A stretch of DNA of 64,000 nucleotides from Octopus bimaculoides (Eukaryota). The stretch is from assembly GCF_001194135.2 (NCBI RefSeq), contig NC_069005.1:19431689-19495688 (forward strand). The letters are read 5' to 3'. The first letter of the stretch is position 1. Each line of letters starts with the position of its first letter. This document shows, in pieces, positions 49,631 to 62,604 of this stretch. The notes beneath the pieces were generated by a model, which saw nothing but the letters and a program-made list of their open reading frames with translations, was not told the DNA's origin and searched no databases. Both the position numbers and the translations under genes were made by a program.

Positions 49631-50798
49631 GCTGCCAATATAATAATAATAACAATCCTTTCTACTATAAGCACAATGCCTGAAATTTTGAGGGAGGGGA
49701 CTAGTCGATTACATCGACCCCAGTGTTTCATTGGTGCTTATTTTATCGATCTCGAAAGGGTGAAAGGCAAAGTCGACCTTGATGTAATTTGAACTCAGAA
49801 CGTAAAAAAACAGACGAAATAATAATAGCAACAACAACAGTGATCCTGTCTGTTTTAGGCACAAGACCTGAGATTCATGAGGAAAGGGGTAGTCGGTTAT
49901 ATCGATCCTAGTACTTGACTTGTATTCATTTTATTGACTCTGAAAAGATGAAAGGCGAAATCAACTTCAGCGGAATTTGAACGCAGAACTTAAAGGCGGA
50001 ATTGTGGTCGCATTCTTTTGATAGCCGTACATGAAGAGTAAAAGTATTTCTTCGGCAATTTTTCGACAAAATTATTGAAAAATTTTCCAACTGAATCGCT
50101 TACGTTTATGTATTTTTTGTGTATGTGTTTTGCGTTTATATGTGTATATACGTATATTTGTGTATGTAAGTACTGTATATGCATGTGAACATGTGTATTT
50201 ACAAATATACATGTATATACACATACATACACAAATATACATACACAAATATACATACACACACAAAACACGACTGAACTGAAAAAAATTAAAGAAATAA
50301 ATAAACATGGGGCAGACTTTTTAAAGTTTAAAAAAAATTAACTGCGGTGCCCCAGTATGGCCACAGCTTTGAGCTGAAACTGATAAAACAAAACAATGCA
50401 TACACAAATATACATACATGAGGCACACAAACATACATATACTTACATACAAAAATATACATACATACAAAAATATACATACATACAGACAGACAGAGTA
50501 TTAGTTCAGGTTTATACCTGTAATTATAGGGACACTGGGATATGTAACCAGAAAGGAGAAAGTTGATTTGAAGACTACAGATCCAAGCCATCACTGGAAC
50601 TATAAAAATCTGTGAAATTTTCCAGAAGTTCATCATTTAAGTATACATAAGCATGTTAAGATATGCATGAGAAGACATACATAAGACAAAACAAACAAAT
50701 CTGCACACACACATACATACATATATATATACAAAAATAACCCTGTTGATGTTGTTGAAATTTCCAATGAAGGAGCCTTGGATTTAGGTTAGAAACCA

Positions 50799-51060
50799 GG
50801 GATCTATTTTAAAACGGGGTCACCAGTTTTCATTTATGCTTTATGTAGTGTTTTTGGTACCGAAAGACTTTCAAACTTCGTATACTTATCTATTTTGTGT
50901 TATAGAACAGAAAAAAAATTTTGTATTCGAATTTATTTCATGTAAAAAATTGTCTTATTTCGATAATTTCAACCAATCACTGACAAGTATTTAGTTGTTT
51001 ATATTTACTCCTTTGGCTGATTAAGCGATGTAAAGCGCATTTAATCTCCATAGCTTCGTT
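50799..51060. mobile_element. Truncated copy of the GGGATCTATTTTAAAA-TIR element
   Basis: Near-identical to 56261-56521. Confidence 0.8.
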
Positions 51061-51689
51061 TGGAAGAAATTTAAAAAGATCCTTTTTCGTTCATAAATTT
51101 TGTTGATTAAATTCACTTCCATGTTCTCATTAATATTTGAATTAATGAGGGCAGCAAGCTAGTAGAATGGTCAGTGTATTGGACAAAATCCTTAGCAGCA
51201 CTTCTTCCAGCTCTTTATGTTCTGAGTTCAAATCTGACTAAGTCGACATTGTCTTTCATCTTTTCGAGATCGATTAAATAAAGTACCAATTGAGTACTGG
51301 GGTTGATGTAATTAACTTATCCCCTTCCCTGAACTTGCTGGCCTTGTGTCAGAATTTGAAACCAATATGTGCCATAGTAAATTTATGAATATTACAATTT
51401 TACTGTATTCACAAAATTATTAGAATTACCTCCACTGGAAAGTATCACCCTGAGGTACCTGCAGATACAAAAAGACACGCATGGACGCATGCGTGTGTGT
51501 ATACATACATGCATGTTCAGGTGTATCTGTAAGTTGTGTGTGTGTCTTTCTGTATCTGCAGGTGCCCCAGAGTGCATATCAACATATAAATACATATATT
51601 TCCACTAATACATCTGTTACAATTTTTCTATATACAACTGTATTGACTTTCTTATTGTTGATGCAGTTCCCTATATAGGCATAAATGTA

Positions 51690-51950
51690 ATTCTTTCCCA
51701 AATAAATTGCACTGTATATTCAAGGCTCTGATGAAGCCATAAGGTGTTATACAGGCACTCAACTATGAGGCCACTGCATCTTAAAGCAGAAACAGCTATA
51801 AGCTGATGAATTCATAAGATAATCACTTATTCTTTTGTCATCTCTCTTTCTTATTACTGTTCTATACGCGGGTAACACTTTATTCTGAAACATAAATATT
51901 ATTGAGTTAAACACCAGGTTATTAGTCTTGAAATGCGTAAGCGAAATATA
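51690..51950 (+). mobile_element. Penelope-like terminal repeat with hammerhead-like motif, copy 2
   Basis: Similar to 46540-46790; contains GGCT-CTGATGA-A-GCCATAAGGTG...CATCTTAAAGC-A-GAA-ACAGCTAT-A-AGCT. Confidence 0.6.
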
Positions 51951-52968
51951 TATATATATATATATTTCACTCTTATATACTCGTTTAAAATCAGCACTTC
52001 ATGTGGACTTTTAAGCTAGCTCCTTTGGAGGGCTAATTGGACCTACAGCCCAAAACTAAAGAGAGTGATAATAATAAAGCATTTATTGGTACCGTACCAA
52101 TATGGTATTACTTTAAATTCAGTTTCAATGAAAAACTTGTAACATCACAAATTTTTGGTTCTTTTAAAATTTAAATAGATGTATGTGTGTATGTATTATA
52201 TGTATGTATATATGTATTGTGACTTTGTGTTTGTCACCCACCATTATTGATAACTGGTTTTGTTGTGTTTATGTTCACGTAACTTAGTGATTTGGTAAAA
52301 GAGGCCAATAAAAAATACCAGGCATAAAAAAGAAAGAACTGGTGTTGATTCATTTGATTAAAATTCTTCAAGGTGGTACCCCAGTGTGGCTGCAGTCTGA
52401 TGACTGGAAAAGATAAAAGGACCACTAAATTCCTTACTAAAAATTAAAGCTAAGGAAGGTAACTCTTCTACTTCTCACGGTCACTTTACCTGCTAGAAAT
52501 AGAACTCAAATGCTTTTAAATCAGATCCTAATGCTAGATGTTCAAGAACCAAATGAAGGGCAGATTTTCAATCCTGGGACCATCCTGATTCCAAAAAGGT
52601 ATAATATGTCTATGTAGAGCAAATGTAGACTGAGATACAGGGTTCCCAGACAGACAGACAATTTTGCTTTTATTAATATAGATATGTATACATATATACA
52701 ATATATATACATATATATAAGTCACACTATATGGATTCAAATAATCTAGTAGTACTCGTAAAGAAAGCTCTTTAATGTATCATTCTACAAAACATATAAA
52801 ATATAAAAGTTATGAAACAATTTGTCGTGATATTTGAACATTCATATTGTTAAATAAAATTTCATCAAACTATTTCTCTGTCATTTATGACTTTATAATA
52901 TATATATATGTGACACATGTATATATATATATATATATACATACACACACACACACACNNNNNNNNNN

Positions 52969-53019
<51 letters not shown>

Positions 53020-55692
53020 CAGACAGACAGAGTGAGCTTAGTGGATAGGATGTTGGACTCATGATTGTAAGATTGAGGTTTTGATTCTTGGACTGACCAA
53101 TGCATTGTGTTCTTGAGCAAAGCACTTCATTTCACATTGCTCCACTCCACTCAGCTGGTAAAGATGAGTAACCTTGCGATGGACAAGTGTCCTGTCCAGG
53201 GAGGGGAATATGCCAGAGAAACTGGGAAAACTGGCCTTATTCTCCGTACAGAGTAATGTGCACTAAGCATATATATANNNNNNNNNNNNNNNNNNNNNNN
53301 NNNNNNNNNNNNNNNNNNNNNNNNNNNNNNNNNNNNNNNNNNNNNNNNNNNNNNNNNNNNNNNNNNNNNNNNNNNNNNNNNNNNNNNNNNNNNNNNNNNN
53401 NNNNNNNNNNNNNNNNNNNNNNNNNNNNNNNNNNNNNNNNNNNNNNNNNNNNNNNNNNNNNNNNNNNNNNNNNNNNNNNNNNNNNNNNNTGTGTGTGTGT
53501 GTGTGTGTGTATATATATAGAGAGAGAGAGAGAAAGAAAGAGAGAGATCAAGTATATAAAAAAATTTTTTAAGATTTCTTCAAATATATAATTGTAAAAA
53601 ATGGAAACAATTTATAATAAAAGGGTGAATGACTGATAAGTTGTTGGCTTATAAACAGACCAGCTACTTCTGTCTGTCTGTGTCAATATTAAAAATATGC
53701 TTGTTTTGTTATGGGGTGGGGAGGTATATTTAGACTTATTCAGTGGTTCTCCGATGTAATCAAGACCATTGCTTTGCTAGATGTGTTGAAACGACCTGAC
53801 CCCCTCACCCATGAGTAATGGTTCTTTTTTTTTTTATCTCGAGGAGAAAAGTGAAATAACTAACATTCGTCAAATCTGCCATTCTGATACATTACACCAT
53901 TTTACTTTGAGTAAATTATGTTGTCTGCTACATGGTGCTTTCAATCAGCTAGAAACAACAGCTTACTCTCTCTCTTAAATTGCATCCTATTGTTTATGTG
54001 GGATATATAAGATAATGTAGTCCTAGATGAACTGTGTCTGAAAAAGAAAAAAAGATGAGATAAATATGGTTGGAATGCTATTGATCATATAGTAACCTGA
54101 TGCAGGTTGACCTGGGGCTAAATGACAACAACAACAAATGAAGAAACCACTGTATGGTCACTCAATCTACTAGAAATAACAGCCAAATCTCTTAAGTTGC
54201 ATAATATTGTCTTCATTAAAGTAAAAGATGTTGGCCACTATAGTTGTCTTGATATACAAAAAGGTAGGATGGTCACGGCTGGCATGCTTGTAATCACAAG
54301 TATGCTTGATCAGAGATAATCTGGGGGTTAAACAACAACAACAACAACAGTCTTTTGTGTGATGGAAAGTAAAGTCTACTCTGATGGAGATTGAACTCAG
54401 GATGTAGAGGGAGAAAACTGAATACAGCAAGATGTTTAGTCCTCTGGTCTATTAATTCTGCCAACCATTGCCCTCCTCTCACTGAATATTAGTCTCTGAC
54501 ATCGGCCAAGGGTGGTTGTTAGGTGACAGGTATTGAACTACCTATTCACAGATGAGGAAGAGTGGTGGTTGTTGCGTGCGCGGACAGTATGCTGAATGCA
54601 CTTTTGCCAAGGGATAAGAAGCCAAACGGACACAATGCCGAATGAACATAAAGTCGAATGGACACAATGCTAAACAGACATAAAGATGAATGGACACAAT
54701 AATATAAAAAAAACATTCCTACCTACATAATTTAATGACCAATTCACCAATTTGGTACTTAAATCTTAAGAAAATGAGATTAAAAATAGTTAATCTTGAA
54801 AACATCTTTCTCTAATAGATAAAAATTCTAATTGAGCAAGCTACTATAGGGATTGACATATCATGACTTAACAAAAAATATAGCATTAATGATAGGATAG
54901 AAACCATTTATGGTTCTTATAATAAAGAAGGATTGGTGTTTCTACAATCTTTGGCTCACGATTTTTAAATATTCTTAATTATTTTTGTCTTGTACATTTT
55001 AATATGTCAATTGTAATAATTTTAAATTAAACATTTGACCACATTATTTTTGTATGTTTACATTGTAAATACAGTAAAGAAACCTATTTGATAAGTGGTT
55101 TTATGTATCTATTTTTTTCTACATTTTAGTCTGTCAAATGGTCATATTGTAGGAATAAAATGGGATCGAGTTGGTTTGGCTGCCAGCATCAATTCTGTTC
55201 GAATTGATTTCATATTCAGTGTAATGATACACTTTTATTGGCTAATGAATAACATGAAACTCATTTTTGCTATAAATCAATAAATAAAGAGTTATTAGCA
55301 ATTAAAGTTTGAAAATTTTGAAAATATACAGATATCTCCATGTATAGTATCCGCATATATGCATGTATGTCCATCAATGTATTCTCACATACAATACACC
55401 TTACAAGTGTATATCTTGATTTTGAGTACGTAACAGATATATTTAATATACTATTCTCAATAGATTGAGTTATATATATTTTTAAAAAATTTTAAAAGTT
55501 TTTTTGTGATTGGAGAGATTTCAAGTCTATCTACTTGTGTAAATTATAAATGGGGTCAGAATCTAGCTAGGTGGAAGTAAATTGAATAAGTAAGTAGTTG
55601 GGGCTAAGCCCAGGAGTTGTTAATTCAATGCTTGAACAGTGGCAGGAGGGAGCAGATGAGGGAATTTCCAATGAGAGAAGATCATGAAGGGA

Positions 55693-56027
55693 TTAAAATT
55701 GATAATGGATAGTCAATTTATGCATACAAGTTGGTTTGAATTCCGATCTTTTATCAATTAGCTTGTCCTTATCAGGGAATCTAATGATTTTCAAGAGTTC
55801 TAAGGAACATAACTGGCAACCAGTTCTATTATTTTTATAAATCACTGCTGATCTAACTATGGACCATCTAAGGTTAAAGTTAATATTTTTGTCTTTAAGT
55901 TCCCATATCCTACGTGATAAGGAAGTGCTATAAGCCTTATGTTTGAGTTTAAATGATGACCTATGGTTATAGAACCTAAATTTCCAAGTGGATGAACAAC
56001 CAAGGTAGGTGAGAGTATTCGATTCAA
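55693..56027 (-). mobile_element. Penelope-like retroelement GIY-YIG endonuclease fragment
   Basis: YLGCSSTWKFRFYNHRSSF...STSLSRRIWELK...WSIV...CQLCSLELLKII...LIDKRSEFKPTCMHK matches PLE GIY-YIG C-terminal motifs (Y(I/V)G, RxxxH, CxLCxxE, LNKRxE, CxH). Confidence 0.88.
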
Positions 56028-56259
56028 GATAGGTGAGAGATTCGATTGAATCGAATACTCTCACCTACCTTGCTTGTTCATCCACCTGGAAATCTAGGTT
56101 CTATAGCCATAGGTCATCATTGCCAAAAGAGACCGATAAAATAAGTACCAGAATAAGTCCTGGGATCAATTTCTTTGACTAAAAGGTGGTGCTCCAGCAT
56201 GGCCACAGTCAAACAACTGAAACAAATAAAAGAATAGAATATATATGTAATTCTTTTTT

Positions 56260-56920
56260 CGGATCTATTTTAAAACGGGGGCCACAGTTTTCATTAATGT
56301 TTTACGTAGTGTTTTTGGTACTGAAAGACTTTCAAACTTCGTATACTTATCTATTTTGTGTTATAGAACAGAAAAATATTTTTGTATTCGAATTTATTTC
56401 ATGTAAAAAATTGTCTTATTTCGATAATTTCAACCAATCACTGACAAGTATTTAGTTGTTTACATTTACTCCTTTGGCTGATTAAGCGGTGTAAAGCGTA
56501 TTTAATCTCCATAGCTTCGTTTTATTTGCTTTTTTCGTTTTCTTTTTTTTTTCTTCGTTTTATTTGCTTTTTTCTTTTTAAATTTGCTGTTTTACCCTAA
56601 CCCTAACCTTAGGGTTAGGGTTAGCCTATAATAGAAAGGTTTATTAGCTACTGCCAATATGCTTCAGCCATTTTTTGACAAGGAAATAATAATTTTATCA
56701 CCGATAGAATTGTTTCAGAATCGTTTGTTTATGTAGTCGGCACTTAATGTATATCGGCTGAATGGACGTCAGTGATTGGTTGAAATTACAGAAATACGAC
56801 AACTTTAACATGGAATAACTTAGGGATTTCTTTTTTTTTAAGAAGACTAAGAGAAAAAGATGTTTTATATGACACATTCTACCAGTGTTCCAAGTTTCAA
56901 AGTGTTTTAAAATAGATCCC
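56260..56920. mobile_element. Non-autonomous DNA transposon with TIRs, subterminal inverted repeats and a central telomeric palindrome
   Basis: GGATCTATTTTAAAA / TTTTAAAATAGATCC(C) termini; internal TAATTTCAACCAATCACT / AGTGATTGGTTGAAATTA; ACCCTAACCCTAA-CC-TTAGGGTTAGGGT at 56594-56621. Confidence 0.8.
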
Positions 56921-59900
56921 TTTTTTCTATTCCAAAGGGTTTTTTCAATCCAATATTTACCTGCCACCATTTACAGATTTATATGCATTGAGATAAACTG
57001 CTCAAAAAATGAATCATTTAATGTTCTCTTGGAAATTTATAAATTCTTATGGTGTCAATAATGCGTGTGTGTGTGTGTGTGGATGTGTGCATATGTATGT
57101 ATCTATGTGTGTATGTTTGTGTTGCTTTGTCTTATAGTGGAGCTTAGAACTGAAACCTCATTAGCACAGTAACAAGAAATAGGCCACAGTATATCAGGCA
57201 ATTTCCCCTGAATTCAAGCCAATCCTATTTCAGCTACAAACATTCACTCATACAATGTCTTGCAGAATTTTCCATGAATTTTCCCTGCCAAAACATGTCT
57301 ATAAATATAGAAGCATAGAGCAGTCAATGCAGAGGCATCAGCACTCCATGAGAAGACAAGTTTCTTGGTTGCTGCTTGCGTCATCGTCCCATTTTTCCAT
57401 TTTGGTGTAATAAAATAAATTACGAGTCAGATAGTGAGGTCCATGTTATTGATTAACCCACTTTCCCTCAAAATCATTGGCCTCGTTCCTAAATAAGAAA
57501 CGATTATTAAATGCAGAAAATTCTTTTCTCTTATTTTCAATCTTCCACAGATTTACATGATATTATNNNNNNNNNNNNNNNNNNNNNNNNNNNNNNNNNN
57601 NNNNNNNNNNNNNNNNNNNNNNNNNNNNNNNNNNNNNNNNNNNNNNNNNNNNNNNNNNNNNNNNNNNNNNNNNNNNNNNNNNNNNNNNNNNNNNNNNNNN
57701 NNNNNNNNNNNNNNNNNNNTTATTTATTCATTTAAACAATTTTATTGTCTTTCCTTGTGAAGAGAGCTTATTGATAACTCTTTCATCACCATCATCATCA
57801 TCATCATCATTTAACATCTGTTTTCCATTCTGGCATGACAGAACTGGCAAGGCCAAGGACCACACCAGTTTCCAGAGTCTGTTTTGATTTCTATGGCTGG
57901 ATGCCCTTCCTAATGTCAAATTATTAAACATTTTTTAAATCATTAAAAATTTAAAAAAATGTTTCTGTGTTATTATGCAGAAAGAAGTTTGCTTCCCAAC
58001 CACATGGTTCTGGGTTCAGTCCCACTGTGTGGCATTTTGGGCAAGTGTCTTCTATTACAGCCTCAAGCTGACCAAAGTCTTGTGAGTGGATTTGGTTGAG
58101 AGAAACTGAAAAAAAGCCTGTTGTATGTTCGTCTTCCAGTGTCATTTGACAACTAGTGTTTGTGTGTTTACATCCCTGTAACTTAGCAGTTTGGCAAAAG
58201 AGACCAATAGAATAAGTACCAATCTTAAAATAATAAGTACTGGGATCAATTCATTTGACTAAGAAAATTCTCCATGGTGGTGCCCCAGCATGGCCACAGT
58301 CTAATGACTGAAACAAGTAAAAGAAAGGAAAGAGATTATTTTATGCACAGCACAACATGGACTCAGAAATATTGAAATCAATTTAAATATTTAAGTCCTT
58401 TATCTGTGATAAAGAGCAATATAAGAATATAAACACATTCTTCCTATGATGTACAGAAAGAGGAGGGAAGTCTCCATTTTCCATTTCTCTTATGTTCTCC
58501 AAAACACGTCTCACTTCTTCTCGGAATTATCACTCATATAAGTGTGGTTACTAATTTCTTAAGTGCTTATTTGACATTGACTATTCTAGTAACTATTTCT
58601 CCAGATCTTTCCTTGTAAATTAAACNNNNNNNNNNNNNNNNNNNNNNNNNNNNNNNNNNNNNNNNNNNNNNNNNNNNNNNNNNNNNNNNNNNNNNNNNNN
58701 NNNNNNNNNNNNNNNNNNNNNNNNNNNNNNNNNNNNNNNNNNNNNNNNTATATACACACACATATGTATATCTATGTATATATTATATATATTTCATGTT
58801 ACTCAAAGAAGTGGTGCATAGTACCAAAATTTTCGGTTCAAGTCCAATGTAACAAACTACTCCAAATTGTTTTTAGTGTTCACATAAGTAGAGTCAAGCA
58901 AGGCTGGCTAGTTTGTACTGGCATCAAATTGTATAATGTAATAATGAAGTCAAACCAAATAGTGATACTTAGAAATCATTTAATATGTATGTTTCAGCTT
59001 TGCATAATATATAATAGGAAATGCATCCATTACGAAAACCTCCTCAGTAGGAGGGTTTACATAATGGATGCATTTCAGCCTATAAGCAAACAGTGAGTGC
59101 AGGCCCATTACTACTCTCATTTAACTTTCAATAAATTTAACATGGGCCCAGCACCACTCTCTCCACTTTCGCCTTCACCACCCAGTGGACTTGGAAAACT
59201 TGGTGAGGGTTCAACTGACAAGTAATGTTTGTCCTCAGCCCTCTCTGTCACTTCTGCTACACATTCTCTTTCATTATAGCCACTCAACAGACAAAAAGAA
59301 AAACTAGCACAAGGTCACCACAGTGGGGGTGAGAGTTGGGGTGGGATGAGGAGTTCAGGTGAAGTTGTTTGACTTAATTGATTCCCAGTATCTGTTGACT
59401 TGTACTCATTTTTGTTTTAGAAAGAAGAGATGGAAAATTGATCTGATTCAAACTCAGAACATAACTAATTGTAACTTAATAATACTGTTTGGCATTGTAT
59501 TCTAAGGCTGTGCTTATTAAACCATCCACCACCATAATCATTTCAATCATCATCATCACCATCATCATTATTTTATGCTTTCTATGCTGGCATGGGTTGG
59601 CCAGTTTGTAATGGTCTGAGTTACTTCTTATTGGGAGCAGCTATTACCATAGACTGGTCCTCGTACCTTTCATTTAGCTTGGCTACCATGACTAGATGCC
59701 TTTTCTGCTAGCAACCTCTTTACAGAGTATATTGTGTGCATTTTGTCATGGCACTAACACTAGAGAGATTGAATAATCCTCAACAAGACATGACAAAAAG
59801 GACTTCACAAACCTACACTTCTTTCACTTGTCTGCCACCCACTTTACAGTGTGTGCTAGGTGCATTTTTCATGGCATCAGCACTAAAGATATTGTCGCAA

Positions 59901-60636
59901 TTGACAATCACTGTAATGTATATTTGTATGTGTATGTGGCGGGGTGGAGTGGGGGTGGGTGGATGTGTGTGACTTTCTGCCATGGCAGCAGCACAGGAGG
60001 GGTGCTTTGTACATGGGGAAGTAGGATTTTCTGTCATGGTTCTGCTCAAGAGGGAAGTACTTTGTACATAGTAATATAAACTATCCTGAAAAATAAAAAT
60101 ATCTATAAAAAAAAATCCCTCATAAATCCCTTCCTCACCCCAATAACTCCATCACTATTCTCAGTCTAATATTTAATATCCAGGGCTTCATTGCTTCTGG
60201 AGGAGGAACCCCTCCCTGAACTCATTCCACCACTGTCTGTCTCTGGCTAGTTGTAGCCATGTAGACCCCAGGTAACAGGTGAGATCATCTCACCATCTTT
60301 GGTTGGCCTCCTGAGCTTGTCCCTTGTCTTAGTGTCCATTCTGTCACCCTGATTGTCCATCTGTCATCCTTCAGTTGTCCATCTGTATTTGTTCTCCCTG
60401 TTAGTTCTTATGATGCTGTTGGCTCTTGGGTGCTGTCAAATCCAGGCACTGGTTTTCTTGTCTTGTAATGTGATGCCAAGCATGATTCATTTCCTTTTCT
60501 GTTGGGCTACAATAAGGGCATTCATGATGGTAGTGTTGAGAGCCCATTTTTCACTGCTGTAAATCACTGGCAGGATGTACTCGTTGAAAATCTTTCTCAG
60601 TATCATATGATAAATCTAAATATTATTTATTTGCAG

Positions 60637-60812
60637 TGGGTAAATTCTGAGTTTGCTTTCAACCACAGTGGTGGCCATTTACCATTTGAGGGTGATGTCA
60701 CCCATTTGCTGAAGTATGACAGAGCTGAACGAGTGACAGTAGCAGTCAACAACACCCTCTCACCAACAACACTACCACCAGGGACAATCACATATAAAAC
60801 GGATAGCAAAAG
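60637..60812 (+). CDS. GUSB: Beta-glucuronidase, coding exon 3
   Basis: TTGCAG acceptor; WVNSEFAFNHSGGHLPFEGDVTHLL...RVTVAVNNTLSPTTLPPGTITY (cf. WVNG...HEGGYLPFEADIS...ITIAINNTLTPTTLPPGTI); phase 0 in, phase 2 out. Confidence 0.95.
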
Positions 60813-60889
60813 GTTTGAAGAATTTTGCTTGTTTTTTATTTAACTCTCTCTCTCACCAACCTCATACTCTTGCAAACTTACTTTATCCT

Positions 60890-61018
60890 CTGCCCCTTTC
60901 TGTGCCCTGCCCCTTTCTGTGCCCTGCCCCTTTTAGTGCCCTTCCCCTTTTAGTGCTCTGCCCCTTTTAGTGCCCTTCCCCTTTTAGTGCCCTGCCCCTT
61001 TTAGTGCCCTTCCCCTGT
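60890..61018. repeat. 17-bp minisatellite, ~7 copies (GCCCTGCCCCTTTTAGT)
   Basis: Direct tandem units visible about 80 bp downstream of the GUSB exon 3 donor. Confidence 0.9.
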
Positions 61019-61104
61019 TCCTCTGTTGAGTAGTTGGCATTAGGAAAGTCATCCAACCAAAGAAAACATGCCAAAGCAGACACTGGAGTTTGGTGCAGTC
61101 TTGC

Positions 61105-61368
61105 TGTTATGTTTCCCTCGGGTGACTCGCAGAGATAACACAACGAGTTATACAATTTAATTATTACATTTATTGTTCAATTACATACAAAGAACGCACT
61201 CACCCAATGTTCGTTATGAATAAACAAAAGTCATGTCCGCCATATATATATCAATGACATTTTACTACGACAGTCCCACAAGACAACAACAATGAAACAA
61301 TGAACTCAGACGAACCACATGACACACAGAACGTCAGACGAATTACATATCTAACAGTCCATATAACA
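61105..61368. mobile_element. Solo LTR (264 bp)
   Basis: TGTTAT...ATAACA termini with a 5-bp TSD CTTGC on both sides (61100-61104, 61369-61373), inserted into a SINE. Confidence 0.88.
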
Positions 61369-62604
61369 CTTGCTGCTTGCTGATCCCATCAAACCATCCA
61401 ACCCATGGGAAATGGATGTGAAATGATGTACCATAAGAGTGCATCCTGACGCCTTATCACCACTATCTTCTTCTTTCATTTTCCAGCTGGGACAGCTATA
61501 TATTTCCTCTATAGCAAGACATTTGTCCCTATCTCTCTATCAGCACCTTACCACTTACCACTCCTCAATACCCTTACTACTCCTAAATCAAGGGGGTCTT
61601 GTGTTGAAAGCTACTTGGTGACTCCACTAATGTTCAGTGACATGAAAAAGTATCCAGTACACTCTGTGAAATGGCTGGAGTTAGGAAGGTCATTCAGCCA
61701 TTCAAACCATGCCAAAACTTACATTGAAGCTTGATATTGTCCTCTGACCTATGGGATCCTGTTCAACAATCCAACCCCTACCAGTATGGGATATGGATGC
61801 CAAATGATGATAATGACATAAATTCCATTAGAGGTTATTGCAGAAGTGAAAATGGTAATCAAGACCTAAATAGTGTGTGTGTGTGTGTGTGTGTGTGTAC
61901 ACACACACACACACATGTTTTTATTTTTAATCTGCAGAAAGTTACAGAAGTGATTCAAGGGCTGAAAGTTTTATGCATGGCTCTTATTAAACTAACTTTA
62001 AATCTGAGAGCTTACTTCTTATGTAGAGTGAATTAGAGTTCCTTCTGGAATATGTGATTAAAATTTATACAAGAGTATTGTATGTAAATTGTGTATGTTT
62101 CAAATAGTCTAGCTGTTAAACTGAAAGAAATCTTGAGAGGAGATAAAATGCAGTAAAACAAATAATAATTGCATACACATATACATACATATATCTTCTA
62201 TCTTTTACTTATTTTAGTCATTAGATTATGGCCATGCTGGGGCACGCTACCTTGAATTTTTAGTTGAATGAATCAACCCCAGTACTTATTTTTTAAGCCT
62301 GGTACTTATTCTATCAGTTCCTTTTACTGAAGTTACAGGGACACAAACACACCCATACTAGTTGTCAAGCGATGGTGGTGGAGCAAACAAAGACACAAAA
62401 ACACACACACATACATATATATGATGGGCTTCTTTGAATTTTTGTCTACCAAATCCACTCACAAGGCTTTGGTCAGCTTGGGAGTACAGTAGAAGACACT
62501 TGCCCATGGTGCCATGCTGTGGGAATGAACTAGAAGCCATCTGACTGGGAAGCAATCTTCTTACCACACAGCTACGCCTGCACCTATATGAATATATAGT
62601 TTTA

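Noticed and set aside
50755-50798. CCAATGA-A...AGCCT/AGGTT-A-GAAAC, a hammerhead-like layout
   Set aside because: The core deviates at two positions and the motif is cut by the MITE at 50799, so stems III and I cannot be evaluated.
55095-55283. ORF with NGHIVG as a candidate GUSB exon 2
   Set aside because: No MPVPSS or GWVWY motifs in any frame.
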